Part shown: in pieces, positions 44,094-51,744 of the stretch
Position numbering within the stretch: the stretch's first letter is position 1
How the letters are laid out: the number at the start of each line of letters is the position of its first letter
NCBI GenBank assembly: GCA_041609715.1
Contig: JBFIQI010000003.1
Coordinates: 1-59,557 of the forward strand
Source of the DNA: Gammaproteobacteria bacterium
GTDB taxonomy: Bacteria; Pseudomonadota; Gammaproteobacteria; Steroidobacterales; JABDLF01
Direction of reading: 5' to 3'
Length of the DNA: 59,557 bases
Program-made: the position numbers and the translations under genes
The notes under the pieces: model-generated
The model's input: only the letters and a program-made list of their open reading frames with translations
Told to the model about the DNA's origin: nothing
The model's database searches: none

Positions 44094-45950
44094 ATGGATA
44101 ATCCCGGCACAGACCGCAGAAGCATCTCGATATCGAGATTCGTGCTGGATCTCGATCGCTGTGCGCTGCTGGACGAGGGACGTGAGATCCCGCTGCGTCC
44201 CAAGACCTTCGAGGTACTGCACTTTCTCGTGCAAAACGCCGGCGTTGTTGTCTCGTCGCGGGAACTGCTGGACGCGGTCTGGGGGGATATTGTGGTCACG
44301 GAAGACTCGGTGCGCCAGTGTGTCGCCGATGCGCGCAAAGCCCTGGGCGACAAAGATCACGATATCATCCGCACAGTGCCGCGTCGGGGCTATCTCTTCG
44401 ATTCGCCCGCGGACCAGGCAGCGCCTCAGGGCAGCCGGCCCGTCTCGCAACGCTTTCGCCCGAGCTGGTTACTTGTAGCCGGGATCAGCATTTTGCTTCT
44501 CGCTGCTGTTGTCTTCCGCTTCCTTGGCGAGGACGCAGTCGAACCGACAGTGAATCTCCAGCCGGCGGCGAATTCCGTTGCCGTCCTGCGATTTGCTGAC
44601 CTGAGCCCGGACGGAAATCATGGTTACCTGGCTGCCGGCCTGGCTGAGGAAATTCTTCATTACCTGGCGCAGAGCCCTTCCCTGCGCGTCATTGCCCGTA
44701 CATCATCCTTCGCCGTCGAGGGCGATTCTATCGCGGCAATCGGTCAGCAGCTTAACGTTGCAAACGTGCTGGAGGGGAGCATACGCCGGGACGGCGACCG
44801 GCTACGGGTCTCCGTGCAACTCGTGGATACTGCAAACAGCTTCCATCGCTGGTCTCGAACCTATGATGTTGAGTACCGGAATATTCTCGCTGTCCAGACA
44901 GAGATTGCCCAGGTGGTGGCGAGTCAACTGGACGTCACGCTCGGTAACCGAAAACGAGGCTCAACTTCAGACCCCCAGGCCCTGGAGCATTTCCTGCAAG
45001 CAAGGTTTTTCTATTCTAGGCGCGGACCGGACGACGTGGAGCTTGCGGAGGATCATTATCGGATGGCGCTCGATGTCGACCCGGCGTACGCCGAGGCCTG
45101 GGCCGGACTGGCCGCAATTGCCAACTTGCGCCTCCATGGCAAAAACCCCGAGGCTGACCCGGAACGGCGCGCACAACTCACGGAGACGCAAAGGCATGCC
45201 GTGGAACAGGCGCTGCAATACGGCCCGGGTCTGGCGGATATCCAGATGAGGGCAGCGTCTTATTTCCGGTTCAACGGAGAGCGTGACCGGGCGGTCAAAC
45301 ATATTGAAATTGCCCGAACGCTCGACCCTGATAACTGGCTGGTGCTATCAGCCGATGCTGCACGCCATCTTATCCGCCGCAGGCCCGAGGAGGCTGTCGA
45401 TGTCATGCGCCAGGCTGTGCAGCTCGATCCTCTGAATGCAGTTCTTCGTAATAACCTCGCAGCTTACTATTTCTACGCTGGCCAGTTCCAGAAAGCGCTG
45501 GATCAGCTTCGCGAAGCTGAGCGGCAGTATCCCAACATCGTGCAATCGAATACGGACCAGCAGGTTTCGATCGCCAAGGCACTGATCCTTCTGGAAAGGT
45601 TCGAGGAGGCGCTGGGAGTTGTTCAATCATTACCGGCTGGTTGGCGCAGCTATGGACTGGCCCTGGTTTATCATGCTCTTGGTTCGAATTCGGAAGCGGA
45701 AGAGTCCTTGGCGGAGCTGCAGGCGCTGCCACCGGAGCCTGGGAACCTGCTCGCCGTAGCCGAGGTGCATGCTTACCGCGGAGAGTCTGCACAGGCTTTA
45801 ACCTGGCTGAACCGGCTCAAACCACACCTGCTCTGCTTCGGCGGGGTCATGCCCATAGATGCTTATTATTCGCATTTCCTTGCCAGGCTGGACGATTTAA
45901 AGCAATGGCGAGAGGCGGCCGCTACACGGATGGCGGACTGCGTCTACTGA
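44094..45950 (+). CDS. CadC/OmpR-type winged-helix regulator with TM, TolB-like and TPR domains
   Basis: LRPKTFEVL, ELLDAVW, IRTVPRRGY, SVAVLRF, VIARTSSF, TPRs; AGGA RBS before ATG 44094. Confidence 0.9.
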   Translation: MDNPGTDRRSISISRFVLDLDRCALLDEGREIPLRPKTFEVLHFLVQNAGVVVSSRELLDAVWGDIVVTEDSVRQCVADARKALGDKDHDIIRTVPRRGYLFDSPADQAAPQGSRPVSQRFRPSWLLVAGISILLLAAVVFRFLGEDAVEPTVNLQPAANSVAVLRFADLSPDGNHGYLAAGLAEEILHYLAQSPSLRVIARTSSFAVEGDSIAAIGQQLNVANVLEGSIRRDGDRLRVSVQLVDTANSFHRWSRTYDVEYRNILAVQTEIAQVVASQLDVTLGNRKRGSTSDPQALEHFLQARFFYSRRGPDDVELAEDHYRMALDVDPAYAEAWAGLAAIANLRLHGKNPEADPERRAQLTETQRHAVEQALQYGPGLADIQMRAASYFRFNGERDRAVKHIEIARTLDPDNWLVLSADAARHLIRRRPEEAVDVMRQAVQLDPLNAVLRNNLAAYYFYAGQFQKALDQLREAERQYPNIVQSNTDQQVSIAKALILLERFEEALGVVQSLPAGWRSYGLALVYHALGSNSEAEESLAELQALPPEPGNLLAVAEVHAYRGESAQALTWLNRLKPHLLCFGGVMPIDAYYSHFLARLDDLKQWREAAATRMADCVY

Positions 45951-46165
45951 CCGGCATCGCCTTTTGCCGTCTGCACTGGGGCGGCATCATTTAAGGAATG
46001 AACGATCTTGGCCTCCACTGGATTAAGGCCACCGGCCAGGCCCCCGGACCATCCGTCCCCGGTGTAGGCATTGGCCCTGCCGGCAGCCAGCAGCGCCGCA
46101 ACAATAGCCAGAGCCGCGGCGAACCAGATTATCTTGCTGACTTTTTTGCTGATTATGCTCCTCAT
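45944..46165 (-). CDS. Small secreted hypothetical protein
   Basis: Signal peptide MRSIISKKVSKIIWFAAALAIVAALLAAGRANA. Confidence 0.55.
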   Translation of the reverse strand: MRSIISKKVSKIIWFAAALAIVAALLAAGRANAYTGDGWSGGLAGGLNPVEAKIVHSLNDAAPVQTAKGDAGQ

Positions 46166-46230
46166 AGGAATGCGCCCCCTTGCAGCCCCTGTGGGAGGAC
46201 CTGAGCTTGCCCCGTGTGGAGGGCACAAGT

Positions 46231-46265
46231 CCGCAAATATCCGTGAAATTTTCGTGAATCATGAA
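46231..46265 (-). promoter_or_regulatory. 11-bp-periodic direct repeats, candidate wHTH operator
   Basis: Minus strand TTCACG-AAAAT-TTCACG-GATAT-TTGCGG upstream of the small secreted gene. Confidence 0.5.
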
Positions 46266-46537
46266 TTCGGATAATTAATTCAGTAGCTTGACTGGCAACC
46301 GGCGCCAGAAACGATCCGTTTATTGATGGCCCGCATTCCGGTTGCTAAGTTTTTATCACTACAAATCGAGCGCCATGGAGAGTGCTATGGGCACGATAAG
46401 ACTGAGGCGGCATTCAATCGCAGGCAGCATGCGACTTGAATGTGATTCATTCACGGCTTGTCGCAATCCCCGGCACGCCTCAGCCTGGCCTTTTTGCAGA
46501 AAGATTGCATGCATAAATGGTGGGAATCACCTGGCAG

Positions 46538-46637
46538 ACCTAGCGCATCCGGGGAAGTTTTTTTGCCCTGCGCTTTTCATTACCAAACAAATAAAAAGCA
46601 TGCCCCTGAAATACCCGAGAGATTTTGTTTGTCAGCT
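46538..46637 (-). repeat. Degenerate attC (MAPEG cassette)
   Basis: AGCTGAC-AAACAAAATCTCTCGG...GCGCTAGGT right after the stop; both R boxes mutated. Confidence 0.45.
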
Positions 46638-46642
46638 GTCAT

Positions 46643-47056
46643 TCATAACAAATCAAAGACAAAAGCGCCCCACATCACGAACAGGCAAATGGTGCTGGTC
46701 ATGTATGCTAACCAACGGTGCATAACCCTGTTGTAGGTCACGTGAATCAAGCTGTGCAGAGCGCGTAAGGCGACATAGAGCCAGGCGAGAACCAGTTGAA
46801 GTTGCGTCACCTGGCCCGTAACAAAGAGAATGATGCAAATCGCATAAAAAAGGACAGGAGCCTCCAGGAGATTGCTGAAATTATCGGCTGCGGAGACGTC
46901 TTTCAGCTTGTTCGAAGCCATCTCGCTGGTCGCCAATGACTGCGGATCTATTTGATTTTTTCTTATTTCCGATATTCGCCGTACATACATCAATACCCAT
47001 ATGCAGGCTGTAAGCGCCACTAAAGTGATGACCGGCCAGAATATGGAGATTTGCAT
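46643..47056 (-). CDS. MAPEG-family membrane protein (cassette)
   Basis: DNFSNLLEAPVLFY, LAWLYVALRALHSLIH...NRVMHR. Confidence 0.9.
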   Translation of the reverse strand: MQISIFWPVITLVALTACIWVLMYVRRISEIRKNQIDPQSLATSEMASNKLKDVSAADNFSNLLEAPVLFYAICIILFVTGQVTQLQLVLAWLYVALRALHSLIHVTYNRVMHRWLAYMTSTICLFVMWGAFVFDLL

Positions 47057-47068
47057 GTTTAAATTGCT

Positions 47069-47190
47069 GCCTGGCGTTTTAATTCAGCGAAGCATCGCTG
47101 GACGCACGTTTTACCCTCTTGCTCCCCGCCGCTGATCCAGACTCCAAAAATGCCCCGTGCAGGCACCAAATTTCAAGTGAGGGGTTGATG
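47069..47190 (-). repeat. Degenerate attC (DM13 cassette)
   Basis: TCAGCGG ... CGCTGAATTAAAACGCCAGGC, similar to the common CGCTGAACTCAAACGTTAGGC attC end; R'' boundary uncertain. Confidence 0.5.
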
Positions 47191-47200
47191 CGCACCTGGC

Positions 47201-47677
47201 TCACTGATATTTCGCTGCCGTGATGAATTCTCCGAATGATTCGCACCAAACTATGACACTGTCATAACGCGACGGGTCCAGTCCCTCGGGTACGGGAACA
47301 ACAAAGCCATCAAAAGTCTTTACATCACCCACCAGCGCCATGCTGGACCTGATGCGCTCGAATTCTGCTTCCGTTTCCACAAATTGGGGCGACAGATACA
47401 GTTTATAGTCCGGGCCCGGTGCTAGCCTACCGCTGTGCGATATTGCACTCTTGCCTATGAACACCCGGCCCTCACCCCAGTGAAATGCATCACTATCCAG
47501 GAGGTCGCGACGAAACTCGGCAGTATAGGTAGCGCGCGCAGAGACAGCAGCAAGCTCCTCAGAAGACGGTGCCGCGGGCGCAATCAGGATGGGCAGCGCG
47601 TAGATGCCCGCTGCAAAGCCGATTGCAAGCGCAATTCCATGGGTTGTCGCCAGGATCAAAGATGTGCGTATTTTCAT
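47201..47677 (-). CDS. DM13-domain protein (cassette)
   Basis: HWGEG, LAPGPDYKLYL, VIVWCESFGEFITAA. Confidence 0.85.
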   Translation of the reverse strand: MKIRTSLILATTHGIALAIGFAAGIYALPILIAPAAPSSEELAAVSARATYTAEFRRDLLDSDAFHWGEGRVFIGKSAISHSGRLAPGPDYKLYLSPQFVETEAEFERIRSSMALVGDVKTFDGFVVPVPEGLDPSRYDSVIVWCESFGEFITAAKYQ

Positions 47678-47698
47678 AGTGAGCGACTCCGGAGGATT

Positions 47699-47756
47699 GC
47701 CTGGTGCCGATGACTATTTCAAACAGGCAATGATACGCTGCTGGGCCTTGTCAGGC
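47699..47756 (-). repeat. Strongly degenerate attC remnant
   Basis: GCCTGAC-AAGGCCCAGCAGCG resembles the GCCTAACAAGGCGCAGCAGCGG left arm. Confidence 0.4.
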
Positions 47757-47789
47757 AGCATGCGACTCGAGCTGGCATTGTGTCTGAAG

Positions 47790-47868
47790 TCTTAACGCGT
47801 CGGCAGTATGCCGCGGTGTCATTGCTTGCCCTTTATCCGACCCCGCTGGCTACGGCGATTGCTTAGGT
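47790..47868 (-). repeat. Degenerate attC (GFA cassette)
   Basis: ACCTAAG...GATAAAGGGCAAGCAATGACACCGCGGCATACTGCCG...GTTAAGA; core 31/37 identical to the attC at 49547-49633. Confidence 0.7.
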
Positions 47869-48399
47869 CCGGGTCGAACGAAGGCGCTGCTTATAAGCCT
47901 CAATATGTTCTCGAAGCGCCTCACGTCTCTCCAGGCTTTCCCTGGGCCAGTATTTTGTCCGATCATAGTACTCGGGAACGGCCGGCACGCCGGCCGGTAG
48001 GGAGATCCATGGCTGCTTCGATGCCGTGAAGATGTGAATATCTGGAGGAAACCGATCCGGATCATCCAACGTGCCGACACGGATGAACTTAAAAACCGGG
48101 CCAGCGCCAGCGTAATGGCTCCATAAGGCGACGTGGCATCGGGGGCACCTGGCAACCTGCTGGCCCAGGCCACTCTCGGACGGAGTCTCGATCATCACCG
48201 GGTCACCACCCAGATCCAGCACCCGATCCGATTCGATTATGGCATTCAGGGCGAAGGATGCTCCTGACTCCCGCTGGCACCAACGACAATGGCAGCAGTG
48301 CACGAACATCGGCTTTGCGTCCAGGCGGTAGCGGACGAAGCCACAGTCGCATCCGCCTTCAGCGCCGGACCATGCTGGGTTCTTTTTATCCGAGTTCAC
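47863..48399 (-). CDS. GFA/CENP-V family protein (cassette)
   Basis: GGCDCG, HCCHCRWCQRESG, RCPRC, GTLDDP, SKQPW. Confidence 0.93.
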   Translation of the reverse strand: MNSDKKNPAWSGAEGGCDCGFVRYRLDAKPMFVHCCHCRWCQRESGASFALNAIIESDRVLDLGGDPVMIETPSESGLGQQVARCPRCHVALWSHYAGAGPVFKFIRVGTLDDPDRFPPDIHIFTASKQPWISLPAGVPAVPEYYDRTKYWPRESLERREALREHIEAYKQRLRSTRT

Positions 48400-48406
48400 G
48401 GCACGA

Positions 48407-48494
48407 CCCTAGCGCCTTGGCTCAGTGGCGTTACGCCGTAGTTTCCTTAATCGCCCTTTATTCATGAACCATCTGCTGCTGCGCCTTATTAGGC
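48407..48494 (-). repeat. Degenerate attC (lipoprotein cassette)
   Basis: GCCTAATAAGGCGCAGCAGCAGATGG...AATAAAGGGC...CGCCACTGAGCCAAGGCGCTAGGG; both arms resemble the attC at 49547. Confidence 0.75.
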
Positions 48495-48889
48495 ACCGTT
48501 TTGCCCATCACTTCAGACTTTAATACGTCCAAAGTATTTTTCATCGATGTGACCATCGGCGAGTCTTCGCGAGCCCGATAAATGCTAATCCTGTATTCAT
48601 TTGTCTCAAATGGATTCCTCATGAGAATGAGTGAGTCGGGTCGCCACATTGCGATCATAAAGCGAGGTTTGCTCGGATGTACGCGGCGGGTAACCAACTC
48701 GTAACCGTGTGTGGCAGCGAATCCGGACAGGATTGATTTCACTTCTGCTTCAGTTATCGCGGTAAGTTGCAATTGTATGCTCGCAGAGGGTTTGCTTTCA
48801 TATTGATCATAATCAATGAGTTCATCCTGACAACCATTTAGCACGATCAATACGGCCAGACCAACATGTATCGAACAAAGTTCGCGCAT
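48458..48889 (-). CDS. Hypothetical lipoprotein (cassette)
   Basis: LAVLIVLNGC lipobox; start after the preceding attC; C-terminus reads into the attC. Confidence 0.7.
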   Translation of the reverse strand: MRELCSIHVGLAVLIVLNGCQDELIDYDQYESKPSASIQLQLTAITEAEVKSILSGFAATHGYELVTRRVHPSKPRFMIAMWRPDSLILMRNPFETNEYRISIYRAREDSPMVTSMKNTLDVLKSEVMGKTVPNKAQQQMVHE

Positions 48890-48897
48890 CAAGTCAT

Positions 48898-48987
48898 GCC
48901 TAGGCCGCAGCGAGCGGCGGGTAGCCGATTTAGTCTCAAAAAACATCGAAGCCTGTCCCATAGGCCCGCCCGAATGCATAGTCATAC
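48898..48987 (-). repeat. Degenerate attC (cassette 48982-49533)
   Basis: GTATGAC (contains the stop)...GGGCGG...CCGCCGCTCGCTGCGGCCTAGGC. Confidence 0.55.
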
Positions 48988-49533
48988 CGCACTGGAGAAC
49001 TTCTTCGCACTCGCGAAAAAGGCGGGGACGAAAGCCAGCTCAATCAGGCCACCCACCATAGCAGCAAGTGGAGGCGAGAGTAACAGAAAGAATGATACGC
49101 ACGATGCCGCAACCAGAGTCAGGCCCATAGCCCAGTAGACTTTCAATCCGTAAAGCGTCGCAAATACCGTATACCTACACCCGATCGTGACCATCATGGC
49201 AGGAAAGAACAGCTCCTCCCGCAGATGATATAGCCCGTACGCCATAATGCAGCACGCGATGAGCCAGATTGTCGATGCCCATGCAAGCTGATTCAGCGCA
49301 TTGGGAGAAGGCGCCTCTCGCGGTTTGACCCAGAATCTGTCCAGCATCGAGCTGATTGGGTAAATCAAAGCTCCGCCGACAAGTAGTGTCCACACCCCCT
49401 GCGGGGTACCCAACAGGAAGCAAACAACTGACGACGTGAGCCACACAAGGCCCGACGTAAGAACACCTGTAGCACCGTCGTAATGAATCCGGCGCATTTC
49501 GGATTGCAAGCGATCATTCAAAGCTAGCTGCAT
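48982..49533 (-). CDS. Membrane protein, DUF7010-like (cassette)
   Basis: GATGVLTSGLVW, GGALIYP, FFPAMMVTIGCRYTVFATLYG; 6 TM; GAGG RBS. Confidence 0.75.
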   Translation of the reverse strand: MQLALNDRLQSEMRRIHYDGATGVLTSGLVWLTSSVVCFLLGTPQGVWTLLVGGALIYPISSMLDRFWVKPREAPSPNALNQLAWASTIWLIACCIMAYGLYHLREELFFPAMMVTIGCRYTVFATLYGLKVYWAMGLTLVAASCVSFFLLLSPPLAAMVGGLIELAFVPAFFASAKKFSSAV

Positions 49534-49546
49534 GAGTTCCTCTGCA

Positions 49547-49633
49547 CTCTAATGTCTTGGCTTAGCGGCGGCACGCCGCTGTGTCGTTGCTTGCACTTTA
49601 TCGACCACCGTCCGCTGCTGCGCATTGTTAGAT
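49547..49633 (-). repeat. attC site, best preserved (R' mutated)
   Basis: ATCTAAC-AATGCG-CAGCAGCGGACGG...CCGCCGCTAAG-CCAAGAC-ATTAGAG: canonical R'', pairing L arms, GTT changed to ATT in R'. Confidence 0.8.
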
Positions 49634-49923
49634 TGCCGACCGAGCATGCCTCTCAGAAAAATAATTAGAGCAGCGCTGTAGGCAGCGTGATATGGGGTGA
49701 CTCGACTTTCGTGACTGAGACCGATCGAGTTCTCCAAAACAAAAAACGCGCCCAGGACAACGAAGAACGTCACTGCGGCCCGGCCAACTAACTGTAAAGC
49801 TGAAACGCCATCCTCTCCGTCTCCGCCGTTTGGCTTGGACCCTGGGAGGAATCGCAGAGATATCCAGACTGCCAATGCGATTCCAACCGTGAGTGCTCCG
49901 AAAGTGACGAGATGGTTAATCAT
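49549..49923 (-). CDS. Hypothetical membrane protein (first cassette)
   Basis: 3 TM; C-terminal SNNAQQRTVVDKV...AAAKPRH is translated attC. Confidence 0.7.
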   Translation of the reverse strand: MINHLVTFGALTVGIALAVWISLRFLPGSKPNGGDGEDGVSALQLVGRAAVTFFVVLGAFFVLENSIGLSHESRVTPYHAAYSAALIIFLRGMLGRQSNNAQQRTVVDKVQATTQRRAAAKPRH

Positions 49924-49939
49924 TACAAAGCTTCATAAT

Positions 49940-49965
49940 GGCAATCTAACTATTATTAGCAGGCT
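49940..49965 (-). other. attI-like site (alternatively the R' end of another decayed attC)
   Basis: GCTAATAATA-GTTAGATTGCC; GTTAGATTGCC is exactly complementary to GGCAATCTAAC at the far end of the first cassette. Confidence 0.55.
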
Positions 49966-50256
49966 TACACAAAAAGAAGAATCCTAAATTGGTAGTGGCC
50001 ATGCAAAAGCTCCTTTTAGACCGCCTTGTCAGCTGATCAAGGGCGAATAAACGATTTGGTAAACCGGTCGAACGAGACTAACCTCGTTCTTTGGCTGCTT
50101 TTCAGGCCAATTTAATGCCTTGAAGGCGCCCCTGCAATGGGGAAGAACACTCACATAATGCCCTGGCATGGGTATGAGAGCTGCGAGAAACCGGATGACT
50201 GGCGCAAACACATCTGGTACTACACCGGCTGCCGCCGGTATTGGTCTGCAACCCGG

Positions 50257-51126
50257 CTAGCCCATCAGGGCATGCACGGCTTGCGCGAAGCGATACGGCG
50301 ACTCGGGGTCGGTGCGAAAATAAAGCGCCGGCTCGATGAGTTCCAGTTCCATCAGTTGAAAGCCTTTGCTTGAATTGCTGCGCACGAAGTCCACTCGCGC
50401 ATACAGCAGGTTTTCCGCCAGGCCGGCGAGGGCACGCCGCCCGGCGCTTTGCAACCTGTCGTCGGCCTGGATCGGCTTGATATCAGCACCGTGCTCTTCC
50501 TGGCTGCGGAAGTCATTGGCCTTTGGGGTTTTCAAAATGGCGTGGCTGTACTCCCCATTGAAATAAAACAATGAATATTCACCCTCGGTTTCGATATGTT
50601 TCAGGAACGGCTGTACCAGCAGCGGCGTGCTGGCGTAATACGCCTCCACTTCCTCTTGCAGGGCAACGAAACTATCCTGATGCAAGCGATAGGCGCCGCT
50701 GGCGGTCGCACCCACCTGTGGCTTTATTACCAGCTCATCAGTCTCGAGCAAGGCGAACAGCTCCGTTAGTTCACCTGGCGCCAGCGCATCTGCGAATCGG
50801 GTGGGCACGATCTCCACGCCTTGTTGGTGCAGGTCGCGCAAATAAGTCTTTTCCAGGTTCCAGCCCACAATGCTTAGGGGGTTTTCCAGGCGTGCGCTGC
50901 TGGCTTCGATTTGTCCGAGCACGCGTAAAAACTTCTCAGGCTTTAACTGGTAATCCCAGGGCGAGCGAATGACCACAAGTTGGTAGGTGTTCCAATCGTT
51001 GTCCGACGCGTCCCAGACCACGGGTTCCACCTGCCAGCCGCACTCTGCCATGGGCCCATAGGCGTGCTCATCGTCGATGACGTAGTTGCCGCGTTCGGCC
51101 AGCGTCAGGAAAGCACAGCGTCTCAT
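50257..51126 (-). CDS. RimK/glutathione-synthetase-like ATP-grasp protein
   Basis: IRSPWDY, WNLEKTYL, VIKP, LYARVD, MELELIEPALY. Confidence 0.88.
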   Translation of the reverse strand: MRRCAFLTLAERGNYVIDDEHAYGPMAECGWQVEPVVWDASDNDWNTYQLVVIRSPWDYQLKPEKFLRVLGQIEASSARLENPLSIVGWNLEKTYLRDLHQQGVEIVPTRFADALAPGELTELFALLETDELVIKPQVGATASGAYRLHQDSFVALQEEVEAYYASTPLLVQPFLKHIETEGEYSLFYFNGEYSHAILKTPKANDFRSQEEHGADIKPIQADDRLQSAGRRALAGLAENLLYARVDFVRSNSSKGFQLMELELIEPALYFRTDPESPYRFAQAVHALMG

Positions 51127-51161
51127 TCAGTGGCTTGCTGCGCTGCCAGATTCAGCGATTC

Positions 51162-51281
51162 TCATGTTTCCACAGCCGGGCAGACTTTATGCAACAGGGT
51201 GCCTACTTTTTTGAAGATCGGCCTGGCGCAGGGCTGGGCCCGGACAATGCAGGCGTGTACGCGCGGATTCTGTTTGCTCAT
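51162..51281 (-). pseudogene. 5' stub of a DUF1801/YdeI-like gene
   Basis: MSKQNPRVHACIVRAQPCARPIFKKVGTLLHKVCPAVET* (39 aa) resembles PRVDAYI.KAQPFARPIL..LR.LVH.ACP.VEE; ATG overlaps the upstream TAA. Confidence 0.6.
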
Positions 51282-51598
51282 TAATGATCCGCTTTATTTT
51301 TGCGCGGAGGCTTGAGGGCGGCTGCCACCTCAGCCAGCCAGTCGCGGGTGCTCTGCTCGGGACGCGGGTCATAGCCGCAGCCGAACTCTTCAAACAACAG
51401 CTCGTTGAGTTCATCGTCATTCTTGTTGTTCTTCAGAAATACTCTGATGTCCTGGTATACCTGCTGCACGCGTTCCTTGCGGGAAATGACTTTAAATTTT
51501 TCCACCAGCGCCTGCCAGCTATCGGCCTCCAGGTCCCAGTCCTGGTGAAACCAGTTACCAATAAAGCGGTCCAGAGATTCGTAGTCGTTATCAGTCAT
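51281..51598 (-). CDS. CdiI-like immunity protein (orphan)
   Basis: Y..L..FIGNWFHQDW ... FGCGYDP...RDWL pattern of CdiI_2-type immunity proteins. Confidence 0.7.
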   Translation of the reverse strand: MTDNDYESLDRFIGNWFHQDWDLEADSWQALVEKFKVISRKERVQQVYQDIRVFLKNNKNDDELNELLFEEFGCGYDPRPEQSTRDWLAEVAAALKPPRKNKADH

Positions 51599-51744
51599 TT
51601 TGCTCACGGCAGGATCGACACAGATGATTGCTGGTCGGCTGCCGTCTTTTCGATTGATCTTGCAGTCTTGCCACTCCCGGAGAACACACCACCAGTCTGA
51701 AGATACCACTGCCGGGGGCCCGGCAATAGTCCCGGCCACGGTAC

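Larger units (their letters stand above)
46538..49965 (-). mobile_element. Decayed integron cassette array (CALIN-like, no intact intI)
   Basis: Gene-attC-gene periodicity over six genes, shared attC core, lower GC, no tyrosine recombinase ORF in the window. Confidence 0.75.
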
